Shown here piece after piece: positions 23,969 through 32,514 of a DNA stretch of 64,000 nt. The translations under genes were made by a program, and so were the position numbers. This DNA comes from Bacteroidota bacterium (GTDB lineage Bacteria > Bacteroidota > Bacteroidia > Bacteroidales > FEN-979). Within the stretch, counting starts at the first letter, position 1; each line of letters begins with the position of its first letter. The DNA is taken from contig JBAXFM010000001.1 in NCBI GenBank assembly GCA_037139855.1, positions 2,503 to 66,502 of the forward strand. The letters are read 5' to 3'. The notes beneath the pieces are model-generated. The model had not been told where the DNA came from. It saw only the letters and a list, made by a program, of their open reading frames with translations, and searched no databases.

Positions 23969-26900
23969 ATGGCTGGCAAAACAAACATTTCCGATTACCG
24001 GTTTTCAATTTTCATCAACAATGACCAGGCGAAAAAAAGCCTCATGGAGATGGAAAAAACCATGATGGGCTACGAAGCGGAACTTAAGAAGCTGGAAGTC
24101 GAAGGGAAAAAGAATTCGGCAGAATATAATTCCCGAAAGGATGCGATCGCAAAGCTCGATGTTGAAATGAAAAACATGCGCAAGGAGGCCGGACTCCAGG
24201 CGCTTTCGCTGAAAGAACTCAAGTCGCTGCAGTCGCAGCTGCGCAATGAAATGGCCAGGGCCGTACCAGGTACTGAACACTGGAAAAAACTGGATGCCGA
24301 ACTTGCAAAGGTTAACGGAAGATTTCGCGAGCTTTCGACCAATGCTAAATCAACAGGCCTGAGTATCGGTGGCATGGCTGAAGGGTTCAATAAGTATTTT
24401 GGGATGCTAACCGCTGGCGTTGCAGCCCTGACCGGATTGGTTTTTTCATTTCGCAAAGTGGTTGACGTTTTCAACGAATATGAAAAGAAACTCGATAATC
24501 TCTCAGCGCTGACCGGTCTCACCGGCGATAACCTTACCTGGCTTTCACAGCAGGCAAAGGAAATGAGTACCTCCATGGGCGAAGGTAACGTGCGGATCAC
24601 CCAGTCGGCAGATGCGATCGTTGACGCCTACACAAAGGTAGGCAGCGCCCGGCCTGAACTGCTGAAGAACAAGGAGGATCTCAACATGGTTACCAAGGAA
24701 GCCATTTTGTTGTCTGAAGCTGCAAATTCCGAACTGGAACCGGCAGTGAAAGCACTAACCGGGGTTCTTAATCAGTTTAACGCTCCGGCAAGCGATTCGC
24801 GCCGGATCATAAATGCCCTTGCTGCCGGATCCAAAGAAGGTGCAGGAGAGATTCCCTACCTGACCGAGGCAATTGAAAAATCAGGGACGGTTGCTGCTGA
24901 TGCTGGAATGTCTATTGAAGAACTCGTTGGTACACTTGAAACATTGGCGCCTAGAATGACTCAGCCGGAAATGGCTGGCAGGTCCCTCCGGGCAGTCATT
25001 TTGAAACTCCAGGAAGGGGCAAAAGACACCAATCCTGCCATCGTCGGGATGGCCACGGCAATGGAGAACCTAGGCAAAAAGAACCTTTCCGTGGCTGAAT
25101 TGGTCAATATGTTTGGCGTAGAGAATATCACAGCCGCAAAGATTCTGATCAACAATGTGGGTGAACTGAAAAATTACACCAAGGCAGTCACCGGCACCAG
25201 TGTTGCCCTGGAGCAAGCCGCAATCAATACCGATAACAATACATCCAGACTTGCCCAGGCACAGAACCGGGTGCAGTTGATGTCAATCGAATTGGGTGAA
25301 AAACTGGCGCCGGCGCTTACCTTCAGCACCAATGCCTTCAGCTACCTGATGAAGGCGATTCTCGGATCCATTAAATTCTTTAATGAACACCGGTCTATCA
25401 TCCTGATGACCTTGGCTGCAGTGGCTGCATATACGGTTACAGTACTTGCCGTTACCAGTGCCAAGAAACTCTACAGCCTTGCTACCGCAATGGCTGACAG
25501 GGTGACAAAACTATTCAATGCCACGCTGGCCACCAGTCCATGGGGAATGCTCGCCGGGTTGATCGCTGCAGCTGCAACCGCACTGCTGTTGTTTAAAAGC
25601 AATACGGAAGATGCCATCGAATCGCAATCAAAGTTGAATAAGATCAAAGATGACAGCCTGAAAAAAACAGAAGAGGAGACGGCATCTGCCCAGGCCATGT
25701 ATGATCAACTTCGTAAATCCAATGCCGGCAGTGAAGAGCGCAAAAGGTTGATTGAAGAGATCAACAGCAAGTATGGCACTACATTGAAAAATCTCTCAGA
25801 CGAAAAATTGTTTTTGAAGCAAATTGATGATTCATATCAAAGCATCATTGAGTCGATCAAGGCTAAAATAGCCATGGAAACGCGCCAGGATTCGCTCACT
25901 GCTTTGGTAAAACAGCAGAATGAAGTCGGAAAGATTCTGCAGGGGACCATTAAAATGTACGAGGCGCAACTCAATATGCCCGGGGCCAACCAGGCGAAAT
26001 TGAACGCCAACATCCAGGCGGCAAAGAAAACTTATGATGATTTCATCAAAACCAATGAAGCCGATATGCAGAAGGTGTATGATGAAGGAAAAGGCGCGCT
26101 TGGGAACCTTGATACTGGAGATAAGGGTAGTAAACCGAAATCGGATGGTGGCGGTCCGGCTGATCCGGTGGATAAAGAAATTAACAGGATCAAGGCGATG
26201 CAGAAACAGCTCGCCGAACTGAACATCTCGATGATCAAGGATGAGCAGGAACGCGAATTGAAGATGGCTGAGTTGAATCATAAGCAAAAACTTGCTGAGA
26301 TCACCGGCAATTCTAAACTTGAAAACAATCTGCGAAAAGCACTGGATGCTTCTTATGAAAATGAAAAGGAGAAAATAAACAAGAAGTATTCAGATAAGGA
26401 ACTGGCTGAATCCTGGAAACTGGAAAAGGATAAATGGGAAGCTAAAATTAATGCCGAAGATAAGGGAAGTGTTGAATGGTACATGTCTTCGGTAGAGTTT
26501 CTCGACAAAATGAGTGCTTATGAGTTGAGCAACACTGAACTCACTGAGCAGCAAAAACTAGATATCAAGGAAAAATACAAAAGCCTTGGAGAAAAACTTG
26601 ATGCGGAGTTTACTGGTCCTGCCTTTGTATCATCCACCGAACCCAAAAAAGGGACAAAAACTAAAGCAGGGAAGGGGGATGGCCTCGATCCCGTTTTTCA
26701 GATAGGACAACGCAAAGCCTTGCTGGCTGCTGCCAGGGATGAAGAACTGGCAGCTGTAGGTGACAACGCCGAAAAGCAGAAAGAGATTTGGGACGAATAT
26801 TATAAAGGACTTTCTGAGGTCACAATGGAGGCCGTCAATACCATCATTTCAACCTTGTCAACGGTGGTGAATTCGTTGGGTGGCCTATTTTCGGCCATGA

Positions 26901-27700
26901 ATGATTATGAAAATGCCAACCTGCAGAAGGATGAAAATGCCAACAATAAGAAGAAGGCCAACCTGAAGAAACAGCTGGATGCAAAACTGATTACCCAGAA
27001 GCAATATGATGCCGCGGTGGGTAAGATGGATCTCGAGATGGATGCCAAGAAAAAAGAACTGTCCATCAAACAGGCTAAACGGCAGAGAGCAATTTCATTG
27101 GCACAGGCCATCATTGGGGTTGCCCAGGGTGTAATCTCCGCATTGAGCGCCGGTCCAATTATCGGGATCATTCTCGCGGCGCTCGTAGGGTTACTCGGAG
27201 CAATACAGATCGGGTACATTGCTTCAACCCCAATTCCAGAAGCTGCAAAAGGAAGGTACGGCGCTTTCCTGAGGTCACGCCAGGCAGCCAATGGCCGCTA
27301 CGACGTTCTCGGCAAAGATGATAACAAGGAATATCGTGGTGTTCCATACATGGATCAGCCGCCATCAGGCTTGTACAGCACGCCAACATTATTTGCAGAA
27401 ACCGGCCGGGAGATCATCATAAATCCAAAGCATACGGAAAACCTGATGCGCTTCAGGCCGGATCTGGTTCAGGCCATCATGCAAGTGCCACAACGTGCCG
27501 GCGGGCTTTACCCGGATGCTTCAGCGCAGCGATCGGCGGCCAGTGGACCGGTGATAGTTCAGTTCCATCCGGACACACTCAAAGCCATGAATGATTTTCA
27601 GGAGCAACTCAAGAAGCCTGTGGCCGCGCAAATCGGATTTGATAACATGCGCGATACCATGGCAACTGTTGCCGAGATCGAAAGCCGGGTGACCAGGTAA
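23969..27700 (+). CDS. tail tape measure protein
   Basis: At 1243 aa it is the longest ORF. Long Ala/Lys/Glu-rich coiled coils. Hydrophobic helices (MLTAGVAALTGLVFSF, IILMTLAAVAAYTVTVLAV, GPIIGIILAALVGLLGAIQIGYI). Lies upstream of baseplate-like genes. Confidence 0.85.
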   Translation: MAGKTNISDYRFSIFINNDQAKKSLMEMEKTMMGYEAELKKLEVEGKKNSAEYNSRKDAIAKLDVEMKNMRKEAGLQALSLKELKSLQSQLRNEMARAVPGTEHWKKLDAELAKVNGRFRELSTNAKSTGLSIGGMAEGFNKYFGMLTAGVAALTGLVFSFRKVVDVFNEYEKKLDNLSALTGLTGDNLTWLSQQAKEMSTSMGEGNVRITQSADAIVDAYTKVGSARPELLKNKEDLNMVTKEAILLSEAANSELEPAVKALTGVLNQFNAPASDSRRIINALAAGSKEGAGEIPYLTEAIEKSGTVAADAGMSIEELVGTLETLAPRMTQPEMAGRSLRAVILKLQEGAKDTNPAIVGMATAMENLGKKNLSVAELVNMFGVENITAAKILINNVGELKNYTKAVTGTSVALEQAAINTDNNTSRLAQAQNRVQLMSIELGEKLAPALTFSTNAFSYLMKAILGSIKFFNEHRSIILMTLAAVAAYTVTVLAVTSAKKLYSLATAMADRVTKLFNATLATSPWGMLAGLIAAAATALLLFKSNTEDAIESQSKLNKIKDDSLKKTEEETASAQAMYDQLRKSNAGSEERKRLIEEINSKYGTTLKNLSDEKLFLKQIDDSYQSIIESIKAKIAMETRQDSLTALVKQQNEVGKILQGTIKMYEAQLNMPGANQAKLNANIQAAKKTYDDFIKTNEADMQKVYDEGKGALGNLDTGDKGSKPKSDGGGPADPVDKEINRIKAMQKQLAELNISMIKDEQERELKMAELNHKQKLAEITGNSKLENNLRKALDASYENEKEKINKKYSDKELAESWKLEKDKWEAKINAEDKGSVEWYMSSVEFLDKMSAYELSNTELTEQQKLDIKEKYKSLGEKLDAEFTGPAFVSSTEPKKGTKTKAGKGDGLDPVFQIGQRKALLAAARDEELAAVGDNAEKQKEIWDEYYKGLSEVTMEAVNTIISTLSTVVNSLGGLFSAMNDYENANLQKDENANNKKKANLKKQLDAKLITQKQYDAAVGKMDLEMDAKKKELSIKQAKRQRAISLAQAIIGVAQGVISALSAGPIIGIILAALVGLLGAIQIGYIASTPIPEAAKGRYGAFLRSRQAANGRYDVLGKDDNKEYRGVPYMDQPPSGLYSTPTLFAETGREIIINPKHTENLMRFRPDLVQAIMQVPQRAGGLYPDASAQRSAASGPVIVQFHPDTLKAMNDFQEQLKKPVAAQIGFDNMRDTMATVAEIESRVTR

Positions 27701-27745
27701 CCGGTTGTCCTTTAAAAAAAATCCATACTCCGCTAAGTTTGTCCC

Positions 27746-29311
27746 ATGAACATCACGAAGAAAACTTTTCTCATGTCATTTGCCGGTAACCCGATGCGTT
27801 ACCAGCTCACTCCCGGAACATCAGGCGGCGGCGGTGGTGGCGGCGTTCCCATCGACGGGGTTCTTTCCCTTATTGAAATCGCTTTCACCGATATCGATTC
27901 AACCCCCGATCATGCCATGACTGTTACGTTCATGGGCGAAACCAGAACATTTACGCTCAAGAATGAACCGACCACCAAGGATCACCTGCCGATTGCGGAT
28001 GATTCGTGGACTCCGACCCGCTGGAGCGAAGAATGTTTAAACTACCTGATGAATGATGTTCAGATTTCACGCGCTTACGACATGCTGAATGACGGTTCAA
28101 ACATCTACCTCACTGCAAGAACCGCCTCTCCCGATTATGACTGGAGCGCCGGCAGCAATACAATTGTTGGAGTTACCGTAACCACTTACCAGGCAGGGCA
28201 GGTTGGAACAGCCGGAACCGTGGAAGGCGTTCTGATGCAGGTTTGGAAGAATGGAACGGAAAAGCTCGGGGAAGATTACAAGCCGGTTACTGCAGATGGA
28301 AGCGTGAAATTTGAGGCGCAGGAGTACATCTACGCCAGTTTGCTGCAGGTTCCGCCGCCCAGGTTCCGCTTATCGTCAGATACTTTTTTTCATCACATCT
28401 ACACCGATTACTTTCTGAAGTACCGCACTGTATTTTGCGATCGCGTTGCCGGGGTATTTCTTCCCAGAACTTACACCGATCCGGATCATATCTTTTGCTA
28501 TGCCATTGCCGGAGGATTGAACAGGGAAGACCTGGTTGCCAATAATGCTGCCCTGGTTGATTACTTCAGCCTGACAGCCACGCGCAAAAAGTTCATGACC
28601 TGGTCGCCGCCGTCGAAGCTTACCGACAAAGTGGAAACGCACAGCCTTTTCTATGCGGTGCAAACCCCGGGCATCACATCCATTCAGATGAAGGCGCACA
28701 TTTACAATGGCGACACCGGTTCCACCATCAACATCACCCCGGCGCTTTCGGTCCAGTACTGGTCGGTGTATGAATTCATGGCCGGTTACACACAGCTCAA
28801 CCTGGCTGCTCAATTGAGCGGGAATGTTGATCGCTGGGAACTTTACCTGGTCGATAATGCTGGGAATGTGATATCCGATATCAGGGAGTTTGTCCTGGAT
28901 AAAAGGTATCATGAAAACACACGGTACTTCCGCTTCCGGAACTCGTGGGGCACGTATGATTCTTTGAGGTGTACAGGAGTTTTTGAGAATCTTGTTGAAA
29001 ATGATCGTGAAAAGGTTAATTACACTAGCGAAGACATTGAAACAACCTTTAATGCACCAGGTGCTCACACATCGATCAGCGAATCTCTGAACTACAAGGC
29101 AAATACCGGCTGGCTCACGAAAGATTTCCTGCAGTATCTGAGGGATTTCATGCTGTCCTCTGAAATATTTGAGTTGGAGGATGGCCGGTTGCTCAAATGT
29201 TTGTTGACGTCCAAAAAAACAACATTGACAAAGGATGCAAAGTACAATTATGACCTTGCATTTGAATATGAAAGGGCGTACAACAGTTTTTTTTTTCAAA
29301 CATTAGAATGA
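27746..29311 (+). CDS. hypothetical protein (521 aa), putative distal tail/baseplate component by position
   Basis: First gene after the tape measure. Contains a Gly7 tract (27824..27844) and a T10 run near its 3' end (29287..29296). Confidence 0.65.
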   Translation: MNITKKTFLMSFAGNPMRYQLTPGTSGGGGGGGVPIDGVLSLIEIAFTDIDSTPDHAMTVTFMGETRTFTLKNEPTTKDHLPIADDSWTPTRWSEECLNYLMNDVQISRAYDMLNDGSNIYLTARTASPDYDWSAGSNTIVGVTVTTYQAGQVGTAGTVEGVLMQVWKNGTEKLGEDYKPVTADGSVKFEAQEYIYASLLQVPPPRFRLSSDTFFHHIYTDYFLKYRTVFCDRVAGVFLPRTYTDPDHIFCYAIAGGLNREDLVANNAALVDYFSLTATRKKFMTWSPPSKLTDKVETHSLFYAVQTPGITSIQMKAHIYNGDTGSTINITPALSVQYWSVYEFMAGYTQLNLAAQLSGNVDRWELYLVDNAGNVISDIREFVLDKRYHENTRYFRFRNSWGTYDSLRCTGVFENLVENDREKVNYTSEDIETTFNAPGAHTSISESLNYKANTGWLTKDFLQYLRDFMLSSEIFELEDGRLLKCLLTSKKTTLTKDAKYNYDLAFEYERAYNSFFFQTLE

Positions 29312-29353
29312 TAAGCACAGTAACACCTGTGCCGGTTGCGGTTCGGGTTTACG

Positions 29354-29764
29354 ATGCATCAGAATATTCAACACAATACAGTTAATATGACCTACACCGA
29401 TGTATTTAATACCATTAAATCTGCGCTGACCGGTCGTGCTACAGGCACAAAGGTGCAGGTTGAAGATCATGAAGCTGCTGAGATCGCCCTGCTCAATTAC
29501 ATTGAGCAATTGAAGTCACAAACATCTGGATCAATCGTTAGGGAGGCACACGCTTACGCAACAAAAGGAGTAAGCTGCAATCTTACCTGGAGCCTCGTGT
29601 TCCCCGACAGCAACTACACCTACAATGTAAATGGTGTTGATGCGAAGGGCAACCCGGTTCAGATTTACCTGGTAAGCAAATCAACGACAAAACTGGTTGT
29701 TAAAACCCTGGTGAATGCCACTTTAAATGCAATTGCAATGCCTTATTCAGGAATAACCGCTTAA
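29354..29764 (+). CDS. hypothetical protein (136 aa from ATG 29354)
   Basis: The track ORF opens at TTG 29336. The first ATG is 29354 and ATG 29387 is also possible. Confidence 0.5.
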   Translation: MHQNIQHNTVNMTYTDVFNTIKSALTGRATGTKVQVEDHEAAEIALLNYIEQLKSQTSGSIVREAHAYATKGVSCNLTWSLVFPDSNYTYNVNGVDAKGNPVQIYLVSKSTTKLVVKTLVNATLNAIAMPYSGITA

Positions 29765-29773
29765 AATTCAAAC

Positions 29774-31474
29774 ATGAAAAAGCTACTGACAATTTTATTT
29801 CTTTTCCTGGCCACGCTCACCAGCGGGCAGAATTACGTGTTGGATACCCTTACGTTCTTCCGGGGAGGGATGATCTACAAAATTTATTTGTATCCTGATC
29901 GGATCACGATCAACGATACCACCATTTACAGTTTTCCCGGATTAGGAACAAGCCATTCAACCGCGGCATTCGGGGATCATGGGCATAATGGATACGCTGA
30001 TAAGGATAGTGTGTTATGGCAGTTAAAGAATGGTAATATTGTGCAGAAAGACACGACTAAAAATGTAGGGATAGGTTGTTCTCCAAGTGCGTATCAAAAA
30101 CTTAAAGTGTATGGTGGTATTAGCATACAGGATGGACCCAGGTGGGACAGTGGATATCAGGCAATACTGAGTATCGAAAAAGCCAGTGGAGTTCAAATGT
30201 ACTCATCGGCAATATTTCCATATGATACTACTCAAGGAGGATTCTTTTCTTTGCCAAATACTGGAACAGGAATTAGGCATAATAATGCCATGTTGGGGTT
30301 TTTCCCACCTATATTTGGATCTCAATATTCAAAAAACTTTATGCCATTCCGAGATCTTGTATCAAACACAGGTTATTCAAATATTTCATTAGGAGCAAGA
30401 GATCACCCATTTGATAGTGCTTATCTTCGGAATCTGACTACTGGTGATATTCGTACAAGAATTATAAGAGATTCGAATGAAATAAGTTTGATTTGCGGTA
30501 ACGTTGAAGAGGGTGATTACTCGCAGCTATTTTTGTCAAAAGGGATGACCATAGCTGCTCTTATATCGACGGATACGTTAAATCATAGTGTATCGAAAAT
30601 AATTTCATGGCCAGATGGAATTGTGAATATTGACCTAAAAGCAAGATTAGATACGGCAGAAACGAGGTATGCGTTTAATAGTTCTGGTTTTTTTTATGGA
30701 ACCAATGGTGGCCATCACTCACTTGCTTTAGGCGATGTCAATAATAGATGGAACGGATTCTTTACTAATGGAGATTTTAACGGGGCAATCACCTGGTCAG
30801 GTGGTTCAAGTGCCAACGCCAATACGGCTTACAGTTGGGGCAACCACTTAGGGTTATACCCAAAGAGGGCAGACAGCAACGCAAACACCCAGTACGGATA
30901 TATAACACCAAAATTCTTTAATTCCGAAACGGCAACAATTTACGACGAGATAGCGGCTAAAGAACCCGCCAACGCAAACATACAAACGCATATTTCAACC
31001 GCTCACCAGGCAATAATTTCGGGAACGGGTTTTGTAAAAATATCGGGAACGACATTGAGTTACGACAATTCAACCTATGCACCCCTTACGTCTGCATCGC
31101 TTGTAACTCCCAATATTGGAAAAGCAGCAGGAACAAAGCTTGCCTGTGATAGTGCGATTGTTTCAGGGTTAAAAGCCAACGGCAACAGCGGAACGACAAT
31201 AAACATTTACGCCTCTCAGGGAAACACGCAGACCGTGACAAGAAACGGGAATTGTACATACACCCTGAAAGGGATGGTTGCAGGGCAAACCCTTACTTTG
31301 GTAATGGTACATGAGGCATCCACGACCGCATATACCGTAGCATTTTCTCCTGCTTTAATTTATGCCGGGGGAACGGCTCCAACATGGACAAACACATCGG
31401 GAGCGGTGGATGTCATGGTAATCAAATACGACGGAACAAGATATTTGGGTATGCAATCAGCGGATTTTAAATAA
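29774..31474 (+). CDS. putative tail fibre / receptor-binding protein with an N-terminal signal peptide (566 aa)
   Basis: N-terminus MKKLLTILFLFLATLTSG/QNY. C-terminus VAGQTLTLVMVHEASTTAYTVAF..YAGGTAPTWTNTSGAVDVMVIKYDGTRYLG matches a motif I recall from C-termini of many phage tail-fibre/minor-tail proteins (GQ..L...T..W.GGTAPT...D...DG). Confidence 0.6.
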   Translation: MKKLLTILFLFLATLTSGQNYVLDTLTFFRGGMIYKIYLYPDRITINDTTIYSFPGLGTSHSTAAFGDHGHNGYADKDSVLWQLKNGNIVQKDTTKNVGIGCSPSAYQKLKVYGGISIQDGPRWDSGYQAILSIEKASGVQMYSSAIFPYDTTQGGFFSLPNTGTGIRHNNAMLGFFPPIFGSQYSKNFMPFRDLVSNTGYSNISLGARDHPFDSAYLRNLTTGDIRTRIIRDSNEISLICGNVEEGDYSQLFLSKGMTIAALISTDTLNHSVSKIISWPDGIVNIDLKARLDTAETRYAFNSSGFFYGTNGGHHSLALGDVNNRWNGFFTNGDFNGAITWSGGSSANANTAYSWGNHLGLYPKRADSNANTQYGYITPKFFNSETATIYDEIAAKEPANANIQTHISTAHQAIISGTGFVKISGTTLSYDNSTYAPLTSASLVTPNIGKAAGTKLACDSAIVSGLKANGNSGTTINIYASQGNTQTVTRNGNCTYTLKGMVAGQTLTLVMVHEASTTAYTVAFSPALIYAGGTAPTWTNTSGAVDVMVIKYDGTRYLGMQSADFK

Positions 31475-31482
31475 ACAGAAAC

Positions 31483-32061
31483 ATGAAAAAGATATTGGTA
31501 TTGATTTTATTGGGGTGGTCATTGATTGGAAATGGGCAGACATTAATTGATAGTTACCCTGAATCGAATTATAATTTTTATTCAAGTATGTACTACTATT
31601 TTTCACAAAATTTTACTACTACAAAAGCATCGAAAATAACTTCCGCTGTAATTTATGCACGTATGTTTTATGGTGCGTCAGGAAATTTTTATGCACATAT
31701 ATATGCACATTCAGGAACTTACGGAGTTAATTCGCAACCAACAGGGACTGCGTTAGCAACTTCTGACGCAATCGACTTAAGTACATTGGGTTTTAATTTT
31801 GCATTACGAACCCTTACTTTTTCCGGAGCGAATCAAATAACATTGACTGCAGCAACAAATTACTGCTTAGTTATTTATTGTACAGATAATATGAATTTAG
31901 CGCTCGGACGGGATAACATCTCTCCAACTCACCCAATACTTAGGGTATCTAATGATAACACAACTTACTATACCGAGGGCAATCATGCTATGATTTTTTA
32001 TTTATATGGCAATGAAGTTTTGTCAACGGGTAACACTTTAATTTTCGGAACAGACTTTTAA
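31483..32061 (+). CDS. hypothetical secreted-type protein (192 aa)
   Basis: N-terminus MKKILVLILLGWSLIGNG/QTL is a Sec-type signal with Gln at +1. A/T-rich gene. Tyr/Asn/Thr-rich, beta-rich composition. Confidence 0.6.
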   Translation: MKKILVLILLGWSLIGNGQTLIDSYPESNYNFYSSMYYYFSQNFTTTKASKITSAVIYARMFYGASGNFYAHIYAHSGTYGVNSQPTGTALATSDAIDLSTLGFNFALRTLTFSGANQITLTAATNYCLVIYCTDNMNLALGRDNISPTHPILRVSNDNTTYYTEGNHAMIFYLYGNEVLSTGNTLIFGTDF

Positions 32062-32093
32062 AACCAATACTCATATTACAAAGGATTTTTCTA

Positions 32094-32240
32094 ATGACAC
32101 CCTCCGAAATCACCGCCACAACCGAAAAGGTCGCTGAAACTTTTCAGTCATACGAGAATGAACCTTTTTACAAGGATATAGTAACCCTTGCCGTTGACCT
32201 TATTACAAGTAATTACGAATTTCCAAAACCACAGCAATGA
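32094..32240 (+). CDS. small hypothetical ORF (48 aa)
   Basis: MTPSEITATTEKVAETFQSYENEPFYKDIVTLAVDLITSNYEFPKPQQ. Its TGA overlaps ATG 32237 (ATGA coupling). Below the track cut-off. Confidence 0.35.
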   Translation: MTPSEITATTEKVAETFQSYENEPFYKDIVTLAVDLITSNYEFPKPQQ

Positions 32241-32503
32241 AATCAAAAGACGCATTCCAGTATGGCCTTGCGGCATTAGTTATCGGCGGATGGCTGCTGA
32301 TGTTCTATCGGCTTTTCCTGTCACCCATCCCGCCCGAAAATCTTCGCCTGGCAGATATGATGTTCGGATCACTCTGCACTGCCGCGATCATGGTGCTCGG
32401 TTTCTTTTTTGGAACGAACAAAGAATCGGCTGCCAAAACAGAAATGATTTTTAAAAGCACGCCACCAAAACCTGAGGAAGTTAACCCAGGGGTTAATTCT
32501 TAA
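32237..32503 (+). CDS. small membrane protein (88 aa, two TM helices)
   Basis: YGLAALVIGGWLLMFYRLFL and MMFGSLCTAAIMVLGFFFG hydrophobic helices. Preferred over the overlapping frame 32188..32454. Confidence 0.55.
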   Translation: MKSKDAFQYGLAALVIGGWLLMFYRLFLSPIPPENLRLADMMFGSLCTAAIMVLGFFFGTNKESAAKTEMIFKSTPPKPEEVNPGVNS

Positions 32504-32514
32504 CACCATAACCC

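Larger units (their letters stand above)
1..25253. repeat. Copy 1 of a 25,253-bp long direct repeat (the window wraps the 38,747-bp unit)
   Basis: The sequence at position 1 (gaatcacttcttttgagatg...) restarts at 38748. Every ORF in 1..25253 has an identical-translation twin at +38747. Confidence 0.97.

Noticed and set aside
28376-29299. A 307-aa minus-strand ORF inside the 521-aa tail gene
   Set aside because: It is the same codon-aligned antisense frame as the sense gene (both equal 2 mod 3). It has no independent start context and a low-complexity translation.
32188-32454. An alternative 88-aa ORF overlapping 32237..32503 in another frame
   Set aside because: Its translation is Arg/Cys/His-rich and not protein-like. 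The competing frame encodes two clean TM helices and is ATGA-coupled to the upstream small ORF.
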